Part shown: positions 14,275 to 31,086 of the stretch, in pieces
Position numbering within the stretch: position 1 is the first letter of the stretch
Layout of the letters: every line of letters starts with the position of its first letter
Source of the DNA: the human T2T-CHM13v2.0 reference genome, Homo sapiens
DNA: 64,000 bases
Reading direction: 5' to 3' (one strand)
Assembly (NCBI RefSeq): GCF_009914755.1
Contig: NC_060927.1
Notes under the pieces: generated by a model
The model's input: only the letters and a program-made list of their open reading frames with translations
The model's database searches: none
Told to the model about the DNA's origin: nothing
Made by a program: the position numbers and the translations under genes

Positions 14275-14966
14275 TTGCAAACATTCAGTTAAAAAAAAAA
14301 AACGTGCTATAAGTTGGACATTTCTAGTTGATCCAGGTAGAAACGGAGGGTCAGAGATGTGTAGAGGCATGCCTAGTCACTTATCTAATGAGGCACCTTA
14401 TGTTTTTGCCTATGAGACAGCTATTTCTTCCCAGCCCCACCTCAGCCAGGTTCATAATCAAACTCTGATTTCCTTCAGATAGCCACTCCTCCATCCTCCA
14501 TCACCCTGTGTTCAGGTGAAGACTTCCATGTATCACACTTACACACAACAGCATCCAGAAACAAAAAAAGGCACTGTCTGTTTATAAGGGCAAAAAATTA
14601 TTTTCCAAAGCCCCTGAGATGATTTCTCCCTCTCTTGTGAGCCAGAATTTGCCACATATCCACTCCTAATCACTGGAATCACACCTTCCATTCCACATTG
14701 AGACGATTCAGAACCCACTTCCTGGTCTGGGGAGGAGGCCAGACTCCCTTGAACACAGGGAAAAAGTACCTGCAGGGAATCAGGGTTCAATTATGAACCT
14801 GGCTGCGGTGGGGCTAGGAAGAAACAGTTATTTCGTAGGAAAAAACAAAAGATGCTCCATTAGGTGAATTACTATGCACACCCCTATATAACTCTGACCC
14901 TGAGTTTCTACCTGGGTTGACTGGACACATCCACCTTGAAGTGTTTTTTTAACTGAATGTTTGCAA
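14275..14966. repeat. Inverted duplication: arms about 14275-14481 and 14767-14966, spacer about 285 bp of MLT1-like sequence
   Basis: ttgcaaacattcagttaaaaaaa pairs with tttttttaactgaatgtttgcaa; ccaggtagaaac with gtttctacctgg; cagccaggttcataat with attatgaacctggctg; colinear over the whole arm. Confidence 0.93.
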
Positions 14967-15661
14967 AGTATCCAGCACAGACCTGGCCTGGGGTAGATGT
15001 TTAGAAATTATGTTTTTGCTGATTTCAATTCATATGCATGAGCATTTTACATAATAAGCTGTTTTTCATATTGATGCAAAAGTTATTCTAAGTTTATTGA
15101 GAATGTTTTAATTAAAAGACTAAAACACTTATAGAAATTTATAATGTTTGTGTGGTCAAGTGCACTATTTTTTTCTTTTTTACATTTCTTCCAACACTTT
15201 CAAGTTCAGAAACTACCCCCGATCCCTTTTTACTTCCTCTCACTTACAACTACTACAAAGGCATATATTTTTTCATCTTGGTATTTTAAATTTGATTTGT
15301 TATGTTCTTTTTACTCCATATTGGATTTGGTACGATGTTAACTATAAAATGAGGATCTATTCTGATTTATTTCCTAAACATGTATTCAATTGTTTCAGTA
15401 TCATTTACTAAATAATGATTTAACTCGTAGATTTTGATGCCTACTTTATGACAGATTATATTCTCACAACATCTCTCCTCATGAAAACCAGAGGAGTAGG
15501 GAAAAAGCACCCCACCCACACCCTTCTACACACACTGCAACCAAATCTATCAATTTAATAATTGACAGTTGTATAAAATTTAGTCTTTTCACCTGGTCAA
15601 CTATTCTTCATTTTCTCAAATCTTCCTTTAGCGCATTCAGTAGATTTTCTGTAGTTTTGAA

Positions 15662-17520
15662 CCAAGCTTGGGTATTACCTGGACTGTGAACAACCTAACC
15701 GGGAGAAACATCCAACATCCTGCAGAAACCCCATGACCAGCCACTGCGTGCCACTTCGCCACTTTGACAGTAGCACCAGAATTTAAGAACTCCTTCAAAC
15801 TACAGAAAATCAACTGAATGAACGAAAAGAAGTCCTCACAATGCTGAGTCAGATTATTATAGTTATAGTAATTCTTTCCAACACTTGTAATTTGTAGCTC
15901 TTAGAACAGCATGCTGGAGTTTCCATGTGGCTGCCCCATGATTTTGTCCATGACAACTTCCTTATTTTTTTTTTAGCAATAAATATAGTACAAATTTGCA
16001 CACCTTTTTTCATGTTCAGTTACCCTATCATTAGTACACTATGCAGCAGAGACTGTATTTTTACAGCTATTTCTGTTCCCACCATTCTTCAACTCCAGCC
16101 GAACAGGATTATTTGTTAATCCTTAAACATGCTGTGTACTTTCTCCCCTCCATTCCTTTTTCTATGCCATTCGCTGAAGCTCACAAACACTATGCCACAT
16201 CCTCTCTCCTCATCTTCTGTCCAAATCCAAACCAACAATGTTTGACATACAGGAAATAACCTAATAGTTAGATAAAGATATTTAAATTCAATAGAATATT
16301 ATACAATAACCAAAAATGAACAAGAGGGAAAAGAGGAGGAGAAATGTTTACTAAAATATGCATAAACAAATTCTATGAGTAACTTGATTATAAATAGGTA
16401 TGTTGGTCAGGCTTTGATCAGCATGACATAAGGGCTACAGGAACTAGGGTAGCCATGTCAGGGCCTAGATTCTGAGACTTGTCCTTGCTAAAACTAACTC
16501 TCTGTCTCTCATATCTCCTCTTCCATTTCTCATTGTTACTTTTTTCTACTTTACATAAGTCTCTTCCATCACAGACAGACTTTCTCCTTAGAGATTAAGG
16601 GAGGATTATGGCAGATAATGGCTACCAGAATTCACAAATCTGTGAGCCAGTCCTAAATTTTAAAAATCCCCCAGGGAGACTCTGACAGGTCAGAATTGAC
16701 ACACAGCCCCACCTTAGACCAATCACCATACTCATAGGAATGGCTACCAGGAGTGGTCAGACCTAGAACAAGAGCCCTTTCCTGTCATCAGAGATGAGGG
16801 TACCATGATTGACAGGCTCATCAGAATCACCTGTTGGAGTGGAGAAGCAGTAGTTTCCCAAAGGAAATGTGTGTGTATTGGAGTGGAAAGAGGGGAGCAG
16901 AAGATTAGAGCAGAAGCAGCCAAGGTGCTGAGCAGACAAGAAAAACAACAGTTGCATTCTACAAATTGGCATGCATGGCCATCTGTGAATTACCCCTGCC
17001 ACTGCTACAGCCTCCTTTTTCATCACTCTGTACCTCTCATCCTGTGTTAGGGATATTCTGAACTAATTAGAGTTCTGTAACTTCTGGGCTCCACCTTTGC
17101 ACATGTTGTTCCTTCTTTCTCTAAGCCTTCCTAGTCTTTCTGCCTCTACCTCGCTAATTCCAACTCATACTTCAGCTCATATTGCAGCTATCACCTGCTC
17201 TAAGAAGCCTATGAGGATTCTATACTTGCCCCCACTCAGAGTTTTAGAATCCCACACGTGCTTATAGTGCTTGAAGCTTACCTCTAGCACAGCTCATACC
17301 ATGTCATATTGTGATACACTCCAGCTAGTTTAAGCAGAACAGGACTATTACAAGATCCAAGTTAGCTTACAGAATTTCTGGGAAGCTGGGGAGCCAAGCT
17401 TGGGTATTACTCGGACTGTGAGCAGTCAGGAGAAACATCCACAATGATGCAGAAACCCCATGGCCAGCCACTGCCTGCCACTTAGCCACTTCAATACTCC
17501 ACCAGAATTTGAGAACTCCT
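15662..17520 (+). repeat. Dispersed direct duplication of about 130 bp (15662-15794 and 17394-17520); the second copy lies within an old MLT1-like LTR
   Basis: Both copies share ccaagcttgggtattac, ggagaaacatcca, tgcagaaaccccatg, ccagccactgc.tgccactt and caccagaattt.agaactcct. Confidence 0.9.
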
Positions 17521-19507
17521 GCAATCACTGTCCCTAGAGAACTGAGCACCTCTACTGCCCTTCCGGCCACCAGAAGAACCTGTGGCCACCAGCTCATAGT
17601 AGTTGCTTTCATCTTCCAAATCTCTGCTTGGCAGAAGCTCGGTCATGTGAAGAATCTAGATGCAAGGGAAACTGAGAAATGTAGTCTTTTTCATGACAAA
17701 CAGAAGGTTGAGTCATTTTGAATGAGCCAATTTCCCAGTCTTCCACCAAACCTCCACAACAACAAATTTGTTGTTAAGGGCAAACCAATTTATGGTTGTC
17801 CTACTGTCTTGGTAAGTAGTTTCATTGTCTGTATAAGATCTTGTTTCCTAGAAATACTTTTAATTTAATATCCATTTTTATCTAGTACTAGTATTGCTAG
17901 GCCAGCTTTTTGTTGTTGTTGTTGTTGTCACTAATTTTCTGGTATGTCTTTTTTCATGCCTTTATTTGTAATTTTTCTGTGTTATTTTGTTTGAGGTACA
18001 TAACTTATAAACAGATATATACCTGCATTTTTGAAAAGCCTATCTAAAAGTCTTATCCTTTAGTAGGTGAGTTTAAATCTGACAATTTATCTCTGACATT
18101 TTATATTCCCCATTTATGAAGTTATTTTTTCCTCCTTTTTTGCCTTCTTTTGGATTATCCTAATTCCTTTTCTTTTTCTTCAACAGGTTTGGAAATTACA
18201 CATTCTAGTTCTAATCATTTAGTGGTTTTAACAGACTTAGGTTTATATATTTTAATAAAGTCAATAGTTAATCCATATATCTAGCTTCTTCCTGCACAAG
18301 ACAGAGCAATGTGACTTCCCTCCTGACTCATCATTTTCCCCAAATGCTCATGTAATTATTATCTAGATTTTGGTTTAAAATGTTTTTCTCTGTGTTTGAA
18401 AAGAATCACACAGAAGACACCCTTCTGTGTGACCATGCCATCATCTTGATCTGGATATTACAATAGCCTCTTTATCTCTTCCTTTCTCTGAATTCTTCCT
18501 GGCTTTATAGCCTTTCACCCCCATTCTTGAGTCCCCATTCTGCATATCATTTCTTCCACAACTTACAAAGACCCCTAGTTCCCTCACTCCTTGCCTTGCC
18601 ACTGCACCACCCTGCAAACCTTCAGTTTGGGAGAGGTGCCCATATGTATCAAGAACAAGAAAGCACTGAAGATTCTCAAGCCTTCTAACCTACTCCTGCC
18701 TTCTCTGTTTTAGCACGTGATCCTGCTTCCTACTTTGGAGGAAATAGAAACCATCAAGTAAGAACTCAACATTTTCCACTTCCTCCACCATAAATTTATC
18801 TATATCCCCACCCATATTTCCCCCTCAGTCTCACATGAAGGAATGACCTTCCTCCACTCCTAGGCTAGCTTTAGGACACAGTCCGAAATTACTACTCCTG
18901 TCTGCTGTATTTTCAATTCTTCTTTATTGTACCCCAGACAATACTAGCTAAATCGATACCTTGCTTGTAGTGAACATTTGATAAACATTTATTACATTAA
19001 ATAAATATAAATAAATGAATAAGTTTGTCAGGTAAGATATTTACAAAATGGTCATAATAGCTACATTTTCATCTGAGATATTGTTAAGAATATGGAGATA
19101 TTGTAAACACTCAGCAGTGTTACTTTTTGCAAATATTTGAAGATCATATCAATTTATGGAACAAATATCTGAGTCTTACAAGTGTCTTATTCTGCGTGCT
19201 GGGAAAAGAGAGTGAATAAGACAGACAAAGACTCCACTCTCATGAGGCTGACATTCTAGAGCAAGAAAGCAGGAAATAAATAAGTAATCAAATAAGATCA
19301 TTTCAAATGATGGAAGGGGTTATGAAGAAATTAAAAGAGGGTAATGGTTAGGGAGTGGCATGTGTAAGAGAAAATTAGAAGGCCAGGCCTGTGCAGCAAA
19401 AGCATAAAGAACAAGGAGGAATAAAGTGTGAGATGAGAAAAGGAAGGCAGTCGCCAGACCATGATATGATTTATAGAGTCAATTGTAAGTGCATTGGGAT
19501 GCCACTG

Positions 19508-21240
19508 ACTTTTTATAACTGAAGAAAAACATTCATAATTATAGTGTGCACAAAAATTGTACAACTTGACCACACAATCACATACACACACACACACACA
19601 CAGCTCATGAAACAACTATCCAGCCCAGTTCAAGATATAGAACAGTTCCAAACCTCAGAAGATTCCCTCATGCCACTTCTCAATCTAACCACCCCGTCCC
19701 CAGTCCCTAGCAAAGGTAAAGTCCAGTAACCAATAATTGGCCTTCTGTCAAGGCAGATTAGTCTTGCCTATTCTTGAACATAAATAAATAGAATCATACA
19801 GTACAGACTTTTGTACGTGTTCACTTGCTTAATCCGGGAGATTCATCCATGTTATGGGATGTGCCAGTAGTTCATTCTTTTCTATTACTTGTTCTATTTT
19901 GTTGTATGAATATACAATCATTTATCTATTGTACTGTTAGTAGACATTTAGGTTGTTGCCAATGTTTGTTTATTATAAATAAAGCTAGTTAAATAGTGTT
20001 GAAACTTTTGATGGACATAGGCACTCATTTATTCTGGTATATACCCAGGCGTAGAATTGCATATATTTAGCTTTATTAGATATAGCCAAACAATTTTCCA
20101 AATGTATCATATATTCCTTTTTACTAGCAGTGCATGAAAGTTCTAGCTTCTTTACATCCTCAACAGTATTTGGTATTGTCAGTCTTTTTAATTCTTAAAA
20201 TTTTAGCTGTTTTGGTGCGTGCATAGTACAGGTTGAGCATCCCTAATCCAAACATTTAAAATCCAAAATGCTCCAAAATCCAAAACTTTTTGAGCACTGA
20301 CACAACACCACAAGTGGAAAACACTGCAGAAAAATCACCTATAGATGACATGGTAAAAATCTATGATGGGCTTATTGAAGGACTAGAGTAGTGTGCATTC
20401 CTAACAGAGTAAGAATTCATGGCAATGTATAAAATCAGACTTCTAACACAAAAACCATAGTTAATGAGGCAGATGACTCTGGGGGAAATATTTTTAAAAG
20501 CCATCCAGCAGAAAGCCTCCTCATCCATAGAGGACCCACTTGCTGGTCCCTCAAGTGCTTCTGATGTTTCTTTTCACCTTTTAAAAAAGTGTATGTAGTA
20601 ACCTTTTAAACAGAACACAGCATCATCGGTAGAGACTGAAAGCCTGCCATTGTTTGTTGTTGCTGTTGTTTAACAGCTAATACAGGTATTCTGTTGATGC
20701 TGCTGTTCTGCTTAGTTTCTGTAAACCACATTATTTTTTCACTGTATTAATATTATGTCATATTTTTTACAGTTAAGTGATTATGTGTAAATAAGTGTTA
20801 GAAAATGATTACTTATTGTTAGCATATAAATTCAGAGTCAGGAATGTTGGTGATGCCATGCAACCACAGACTGTCCACATGGGTGGCCAAGATAGTGACA
20901 CCTTTGCTTTTTGATGTACACCTTGGCTTTCAATGTACACAAATTTTGTTTCATACATAAAATTGTTTAAAATATTATAAAAATTTATCATCAGGCTATG
21001 TGTATAAGTTATATGCAAAAAATTGTTAAAAATACATAAACGAATATTGTGTTTAGGCTTGGCCTCATCACAAAATACCTTATTATGTATATAAAAAGAT
21101 TCCAAAATAAAAAAAAGTCTAAAATTCAAAATACTTCTGGTCCCAAGCATTTTGGATAAGGGCTACTCAATCTGTAATATCTCATTGTAGCTTTAAATTT
21201 ACTTTCCTTGATGATAATAATGTTGAACACCTTTTAAATA
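19508..21240 (-). mobile_element. Old L1M 3' fragment interrupted by Tigger4
   Basis: L1M 3'UTR/ORF2-end text (gagattcatccatgtt, tagacatttaggttgttgcc, tttggtattgtcagtcttttta) resumes after the Tigger insertion (atctcattgtagctttaaatt). Confidence 0.8.
20229..21174. mobile_element. Tigger4/Zombi (TcMar-Tigger) internally deleted DNA transposon
   Basis: TIRs caggttgagcatccctaatccaaa and tttggataagggctactcaatctg, flanked by TA on both sides. Confidence 0.88.
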
Positions 21241-22734
21241 TTCTAATCATATATTTGAATTTAGACCACTGATAGTTTAGGCAGAAGTTTGATCTTATTC
21301 ATATTTCTAGAGATACCTCTTGTTGCTCCATGGAGAATTGGCTGTAGGGAAATACAGTGGAAGTAGAGGTAACATTTAAAAAACTATTGCAGTAGTCCTT
21401 TCAGTAGATGTAAGTGGCTTGGATAAATAGTGGCAAAGGGGTTAGAGAGAAGTGAAAAGATGCAAGATATATTTTGGAGGAAGCCTAGCAAATGTACCTA
21501 CCCACTGGCCATGGGGGAGAAAAGGAGGAATCAAAGGTGGCCTAAACAGCAGAATGAATGCTGGTACGTTTCCCATGATGTGGAAACCCCAGAGCGGGTC
21601 CATTGAATGTTAGGAGGAAAATTATAGGAGATGAAAGAAGAGACTGAATCATACCGCAGCAAACTATGCCAACCCCAAAGTAAAATTTAAAAAATTCCAG
21701 TCACAAACTGTGCTCAAAGAGACATTCTGGGCAGAGAACTGCAATGGACTTTGACTTGCTTCCTGTCTTGCAAATGAACTCTGTAGCACTGTGCAGTATG
21801 AGTTTGCCAGCAAAACTTATATGACTTATTTTATCACTAATGTCGGGTTTTTTGTTCTTTCCTTCCAAGAATAAATATGTCTCTACATAATGAAATGAAA
21901 AATCAAGAAATTTAAAATTAGATTAGTTTGGAAATTACTGGCATTTTTCTTCTTGTGTAAGGTCACTCTGCCCTTGCAGGCCAGTGCTGGGGAAGTGACA
22001 CATTTCTTTCTCCATCCCACACTTCTGCTTATTTTCATGCCATAAAAAGCAGATCTTCAACATTTCAAACGCTTAGTGCATGTGCAAATATTTTTCTCCT
22101 CATTTAAGACTTTAAGTTATGTTATGTAAAAAGCAGCATGCCAGACCACTAGTTTACTAGGCCATTTTCATACAAAAAACAAAATTCTGTCTTTGCAGAA
22201 ATAGTAAGCTGACTCTTCAAGTTGGCTGGTATTAGCCTGCCTGCTGCTTTTAGGTAGTGATTTTCAGTTCTCAAATCAGAGATAACTCTGCATAAAGAAG
22301 GACCTCATAGTTGTTAACAGCTTACTATAGATAGTCCCTGTGCTAAACATCAATCCTGTGAGGTATGCACTATTATTATCTCCATTGAACATATGAGAAA
22401 ACTGAGTTCAGTAGCCTGTCCAGGATCACTTGGCTGATAAATAGCAGGGATGAGATCAGAACCCAGGTTTATCTGAATCTAAAACTGAAGCTTTTGATGG
22501 TTCCCAAGCGAGGACAGTGTAGGCTGGAAATTAAGTGAGTGTGTGCCAAAGCCAGCCCCCATGGATTTGCATCACAGCCCTACCATCTACTGGCCATGTG
22601 GCCCTAGGCAGTCTTTTCTGGGGACCATCATGGTACCTATATCATTGGATATTGTAAGAATTAATAAGTTAACATATATAAAACACTTAGAGCTGTGCCT
22701 AGGTTATGCTATGAAAGTGTTAGCTATCACTTAA

Positions 22735-23640
<906 letters not shown>

Positions 23641-24300
23641 TTGCTTGTCACTGCTTCTGGCTTTGTATATGTGAATATGCAGAGGTAATTCTCTCATATA
23701 AACACAAGCCTTGGAGTTTTTACTCTAAATGACCTAATGTGGTAAGTATCCTTCCTGTTTCTTATCACAAATGAAGAAACTGAGACTGGGAGATGTGCCT
23801 TACTGGTTCTTGGTCTGCAGCTTTGCCCAGGCTATATCCCCTTTTGAGCATACCCCCCTGACTCTTCCCCTTGTCAATCCTTTAGGTTTGAGCTAAGGCC
23901 TTACTTCTTGCTGGAAGCCTTGCTTAGACCCCCTGGCTGGGGCAGGTACCCTGCTCTGTGCCTCCACGATGTCCTAAGGGTTGCTTTACCATCAGCTTTG
24001 TCACATTTTCCTGTACTACCACAACCAACCAGATGGTAAGATGCTAGGGAAGGGGCACTGTCTTCCTCAACTCTGTCTTCCATGCTAAGTACAAGGGCTG
24101 ACATGCAGTGGTTGTTCAGTGGATGTTGATAGAAGTTAAGAAGGGAGGAAGGAATCTGGCCCAGATACATGCTTAAAAGTGATATCTCTGGTCTATCAGA
24201 CTGATAAAATATTTTCTGTCACATCATATGGCCCTAGTTTGAATTGATAAAAAAGAAAAGCCAAGGAATGATTATTCAGATTGGAAAAAGAGTCTTTCCT

Positions 24301-26712
<2,412 letters not shown>

Positions 26713-26955
26713 AGAGTCTTTGCTTTATTAAACCACTTAGAACAATCTTCTTGTAAATAGTGAGCCCCTGGGAAAGTGTTGCTTGAAAGACAGGGTGTGT
26801 GTCACAGTGATACCCAGGATGCTTTTAGGGGTATACGGAGGACATTTTTAACTTCACAGTCTATTATTTATTTCATATGAATATAGAATATAGCTATATT
26901 ATATGAATATAGCTAGGATATAAGACCCACAATATCATTTTTAGGAGCAGGCTAA

Positions 26956-27250
<295 letters not shown>

Positions 27251-27587
27251 TATTCAAAATATCTATTAAGTAAATAATGGTCCAGATGAAACACAGATAT
27301 AGGAAATCTTGTATAGGTGGTAAAAATAATTCAAGTTTTAGAACACCATTTAACATTTAAAATGTGAAAAGTTCTAAGTACAAAGTGTACTTTATAAAGC
27401 AGTGTATGTCCAGGTTGACTGAGCACACAAATCACCTCAAATATTGCTACAAAGGAGATTTTGAGTCAGCAGACCTGGAAAGGGCTCTGAGGCACTGTAT
27501 TTCTAATAAGTACTCAGGGAATACTGATACTGCTGATCCAGGACCATACTTGGTTATAAAGCACAAATGAAAGTATAAAGTAATAAC

Positions 27588-27724
27588 AATAATGCTACCT
27601 GCTACCTTTTGAGTTCTTCTATGCACTAGGTACTCTCTCTCTCTCTATATATATATATAAAATATATATTATATTATATATATTATATATTTAATATATA
27701 ATATATTTAATATATAATATATAT

Positions 27725-27758
<34 letters not shown>

Positions 27759-27994
27759 ATAGATGTCAAACTTAGCAGTATTCACAAAAATCCTGCAAGG
27801 TAGTTATTAATATCTCCAGTTTACAAATGAAAATTAAAAAATCAGAATAATACTACCTACTACCTTTTAAGTCCTTCCACGCACTAGGTACTCTTCTAGG
27901 TGTCTTGTAGATGTCAAACTTAGCAATGTTCACAAAACTCCTGCAAAGTAGTTATTAATATCTCCAATTTACAAATGAAAATTTAAAAATCAGA
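27588..27994. repeat. Tandem duplication of a MIR-like ~150-bp unit; copy 1 contains a (CT)(TA)(TG) compound microsatellite at 27633-27754
   Basis: ctacct.ctacctttt.agt...gcactaggtactct and tagatgtcaaacttagca...gtagttattaatatctcca.tttacaaatgaaaatt.aaaaatcagaa occur in both copies. Confidence 0.93.
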
Positions 27995-30900
27995 AATGGC
28001 TTGACTTTTAGACACAACTTTCTTTCCTCCACAAAGCAGGATACACAAGCAGCAAGGAAATGATAATATCCTTGTCCCTATTATTGTCAATCAAGCTAGA
28101 GGGGCCTGAACTACTGCCTTGATTTTGGCCAGTGCAAGTTCTCAGCATTTGTTCCATTCACATGTCCTGTCTGTGACCTCAGTGTAAGACAGAAAGTAAT
28201 CTGGTCTAAGGATCAAAGCCTGAAGTTTTCCCATTTCCCCACTTTCAAAACAAAATAGCTCTGGGAAAGGGATACATTTCTATCCCATGGTTATAATAAA
28301 GGAAAAAAAAACCTACTAAAGTCCAACTTGGATTAAAAAACATTCTTAAAACAAGTAAAAATAAACATATACACACATACACATAAACATATACATGTTA
28401 ATGCGCAGAACAGTTTCAGCTGCCTGCAGGGAGTTTTGTTGTTGTCTCCAGTTAATACTACTAATTCATTTTCACATGGGTACTCTGTGAGTTAAACACT
28501 TTACATTTATATGTTTTTTTTTTTTGTAAAGATTCCAACATGCCTAATTAAGAATAAACCCAAGGGAAAAAAAATAAAACCAATGATTTCCTTTCAGAGG
28601 CTTCCAGGGCCCTTTGTGGTGTGGTAGGGGGAAGGGAAGGGAGTCTCTATTGCTAGTCACAGGCTACTAAGGTGCCTACCATAAAAGCCTTCATGAGGGA
28701 ATGTTATGCCCTACCTGGATAAATAGCAGATTTCAAAAACCTAAGGGCTTGGGCTCAATCTGGCCTGTTTTGTGTTTTTGTGTTTTTGTTTTTTTGTTTT
28801 AATTGGGAAATGTCCTTATAAATCTGGGCATCTGGGTTTTCTGGAAAAATTGGAAGACCTGGAAACAGCGGGCCCAGATTCCTGCAATAGCTTCAGTTAC
28901 TTGCTGCAAGGAGCAGCTGTTCCTCTTCACTTTCCCAGCAGGCTTCACTCATTTCCATTACCTGCCTGGCCGTGGAGGCTACTGAGTTTGGAATACCTAG
29001 TTTATAAGTAGAGTTTATGAACAGCCAACCTTTGCTCTCCTCATCATTATCCTAAGAAAAATCTGTCCAAGCAACTATGTGTTGGGACAATGAAAAGCAG
29101 TGTCCTTTTAACAAAGTGAAAGCAGCTGGTTCATGCAAGAATTATTCATTAACTTCGTGGAAGCCAATGTGTCCAGATTTTAAATAATCTGTGTTGTTCA
29201 GATATGCAAGTGATAAATCCCCTGTGTTCCCCTCCGTGTCGTGCAGCTGGTCGTCAGCTGGTATACTCTTGGACTATTTCCTGTGAGGATCATATTAAGT
29301 GATGGGAGTCTAGAGGTGGCTCAGCGATTATCCTATCTAGTTTGCTGGTAAGTGGGAGTTGAACTCCCCAGGTCCAAAAAGGTCAACAGAATGAATGGAT
29401 GGTATATAGATATATGGTGGGGAGAGATGATACCCAGAAAACTGAGATACTTTTTTAAAAAGCAGATACTTTCTCATGCTTGATTTAGAGGTGGAGAACA
29501 TTACAGTCCTCTAATCTGTTATTCATTCAATAAATATTTATTAAGCACCAACCGTATGCTATGCACTGTGCTAAACAGGGAACACAACAATGAATGAGAC
29601 TGAATCCCCTGCCCTGGAGAAGTTCAGTCTGGAGGTGGTTATCCAAATATATGCACCTTGATAGCTACGCGAAAACTGACTGATGCCACCTTATAGGTGG
29701 AGCAAAGACCTGTCCATTGTGTCATATTCCTAATCCCAGAGAGATTCCACAATATTCCCATCAGTTTCATTCCTGCTTCTACAAACAGACATATATATTT
29801 CGCTTTGAAAAAGCAGTAGCACAGGTGGGTAGGGCAGACCAAACTGGGGCTGTGCTGAACTGCAAACGAACTGTCACTACTCAGGTACGGCCAACTCTTA
29901 GTAGGCAGGAACGCTGCAAGGTTGCCAGAATGTTGGGGTTTGTGAGGAAAGCCAGAAATTGGATTTTTTAATATGACATCTTCTTTTTTGATAGTGTTTT
30001 AAAACATTTTAAAACTCAGTGTAGATTAACAAAAATGGGCTTTCACGCAGGTTTAATTAGGGAGTCCCAAGACTATGACCTCTGATTTCAGGAGTCCCCG
30101 TGCCTAACCTTTTCATTGTATTTAACATCGCATCTTACCAAGAACAGGAAGCCTGGAATTTGTTTTTTCCAGGAAGTCCCGTTGGGTCTCTCATGTTTTT
30201 GAAAATCCAACACGTTGAAATACTCAGACTTCCTGTATATCTCTTTCATTTCTCTCTCTCCTCCCTCCTTCCACTGCCTCTCTTTCTCCCTCTCTCTCCC
30301 TTTCTCTCACTCTGTTACCTAAAAATAATTATCTTAATTAAAAGAGTGGTAATTTGAACACATTTATCAACAAGTTATTCTTTAAGGGTAACCTTTGAAA
30401 TATATAAATAATTAAAGACATCATTTGATTCTTCTGACATGAATCTTTAACTTTTCATATTCATGTCACTCTGGCTTGGAATCAAAATCCTTCGCCAGAC
30501 ACTTGTCCTTTACTTTTGAACTGGTCTTGAGCTAAAATGCCCCTGAGTGACTTATCATTCAATGCTTACAAAGACTTCATTCTGTATTATTCACAGGTGT
30601 TCCATTCACCTTGCCCAGACAGTATAAGGTAATTACATGAATGGTTTTGTTTGTATCTCCCGGTTCTCAGAGCTGCTTCCTTTTTATCTGACTGTAGCTA
30701 AAGAGAAATAAGATAGAATTGAGAGGGTAAAGCCTCCCTGGCTTTTCTTTTTATTCAGAGAAAATATTTTCATTCTTTAACTATTCACTGCAATTTCTCA
30801 CCTCATTAGGACCTAATTTATGGACAATAAGTAGAATTAATTTTACTTAGTAGCCCTGGATTTCTGACTTTCCTTAGCAACATCCCAGAAAGTCTTCAGC

Positions 30901-31086
30901 TTTAATAATGCTTCGCCTTCCTTGCTTTTCTAGAATCATATTCTAAAAAGACAAAGCAAAACAGATAAACCAGTGTCCCTAATACAATATATTCATTTAA
31001 AACATTCTAACATCTTGGGATGCTCTGATACTTGGTCTTATTTTTCTAATCTCCTTATATTTACCATCAAAAGTATATGTGTTGAG

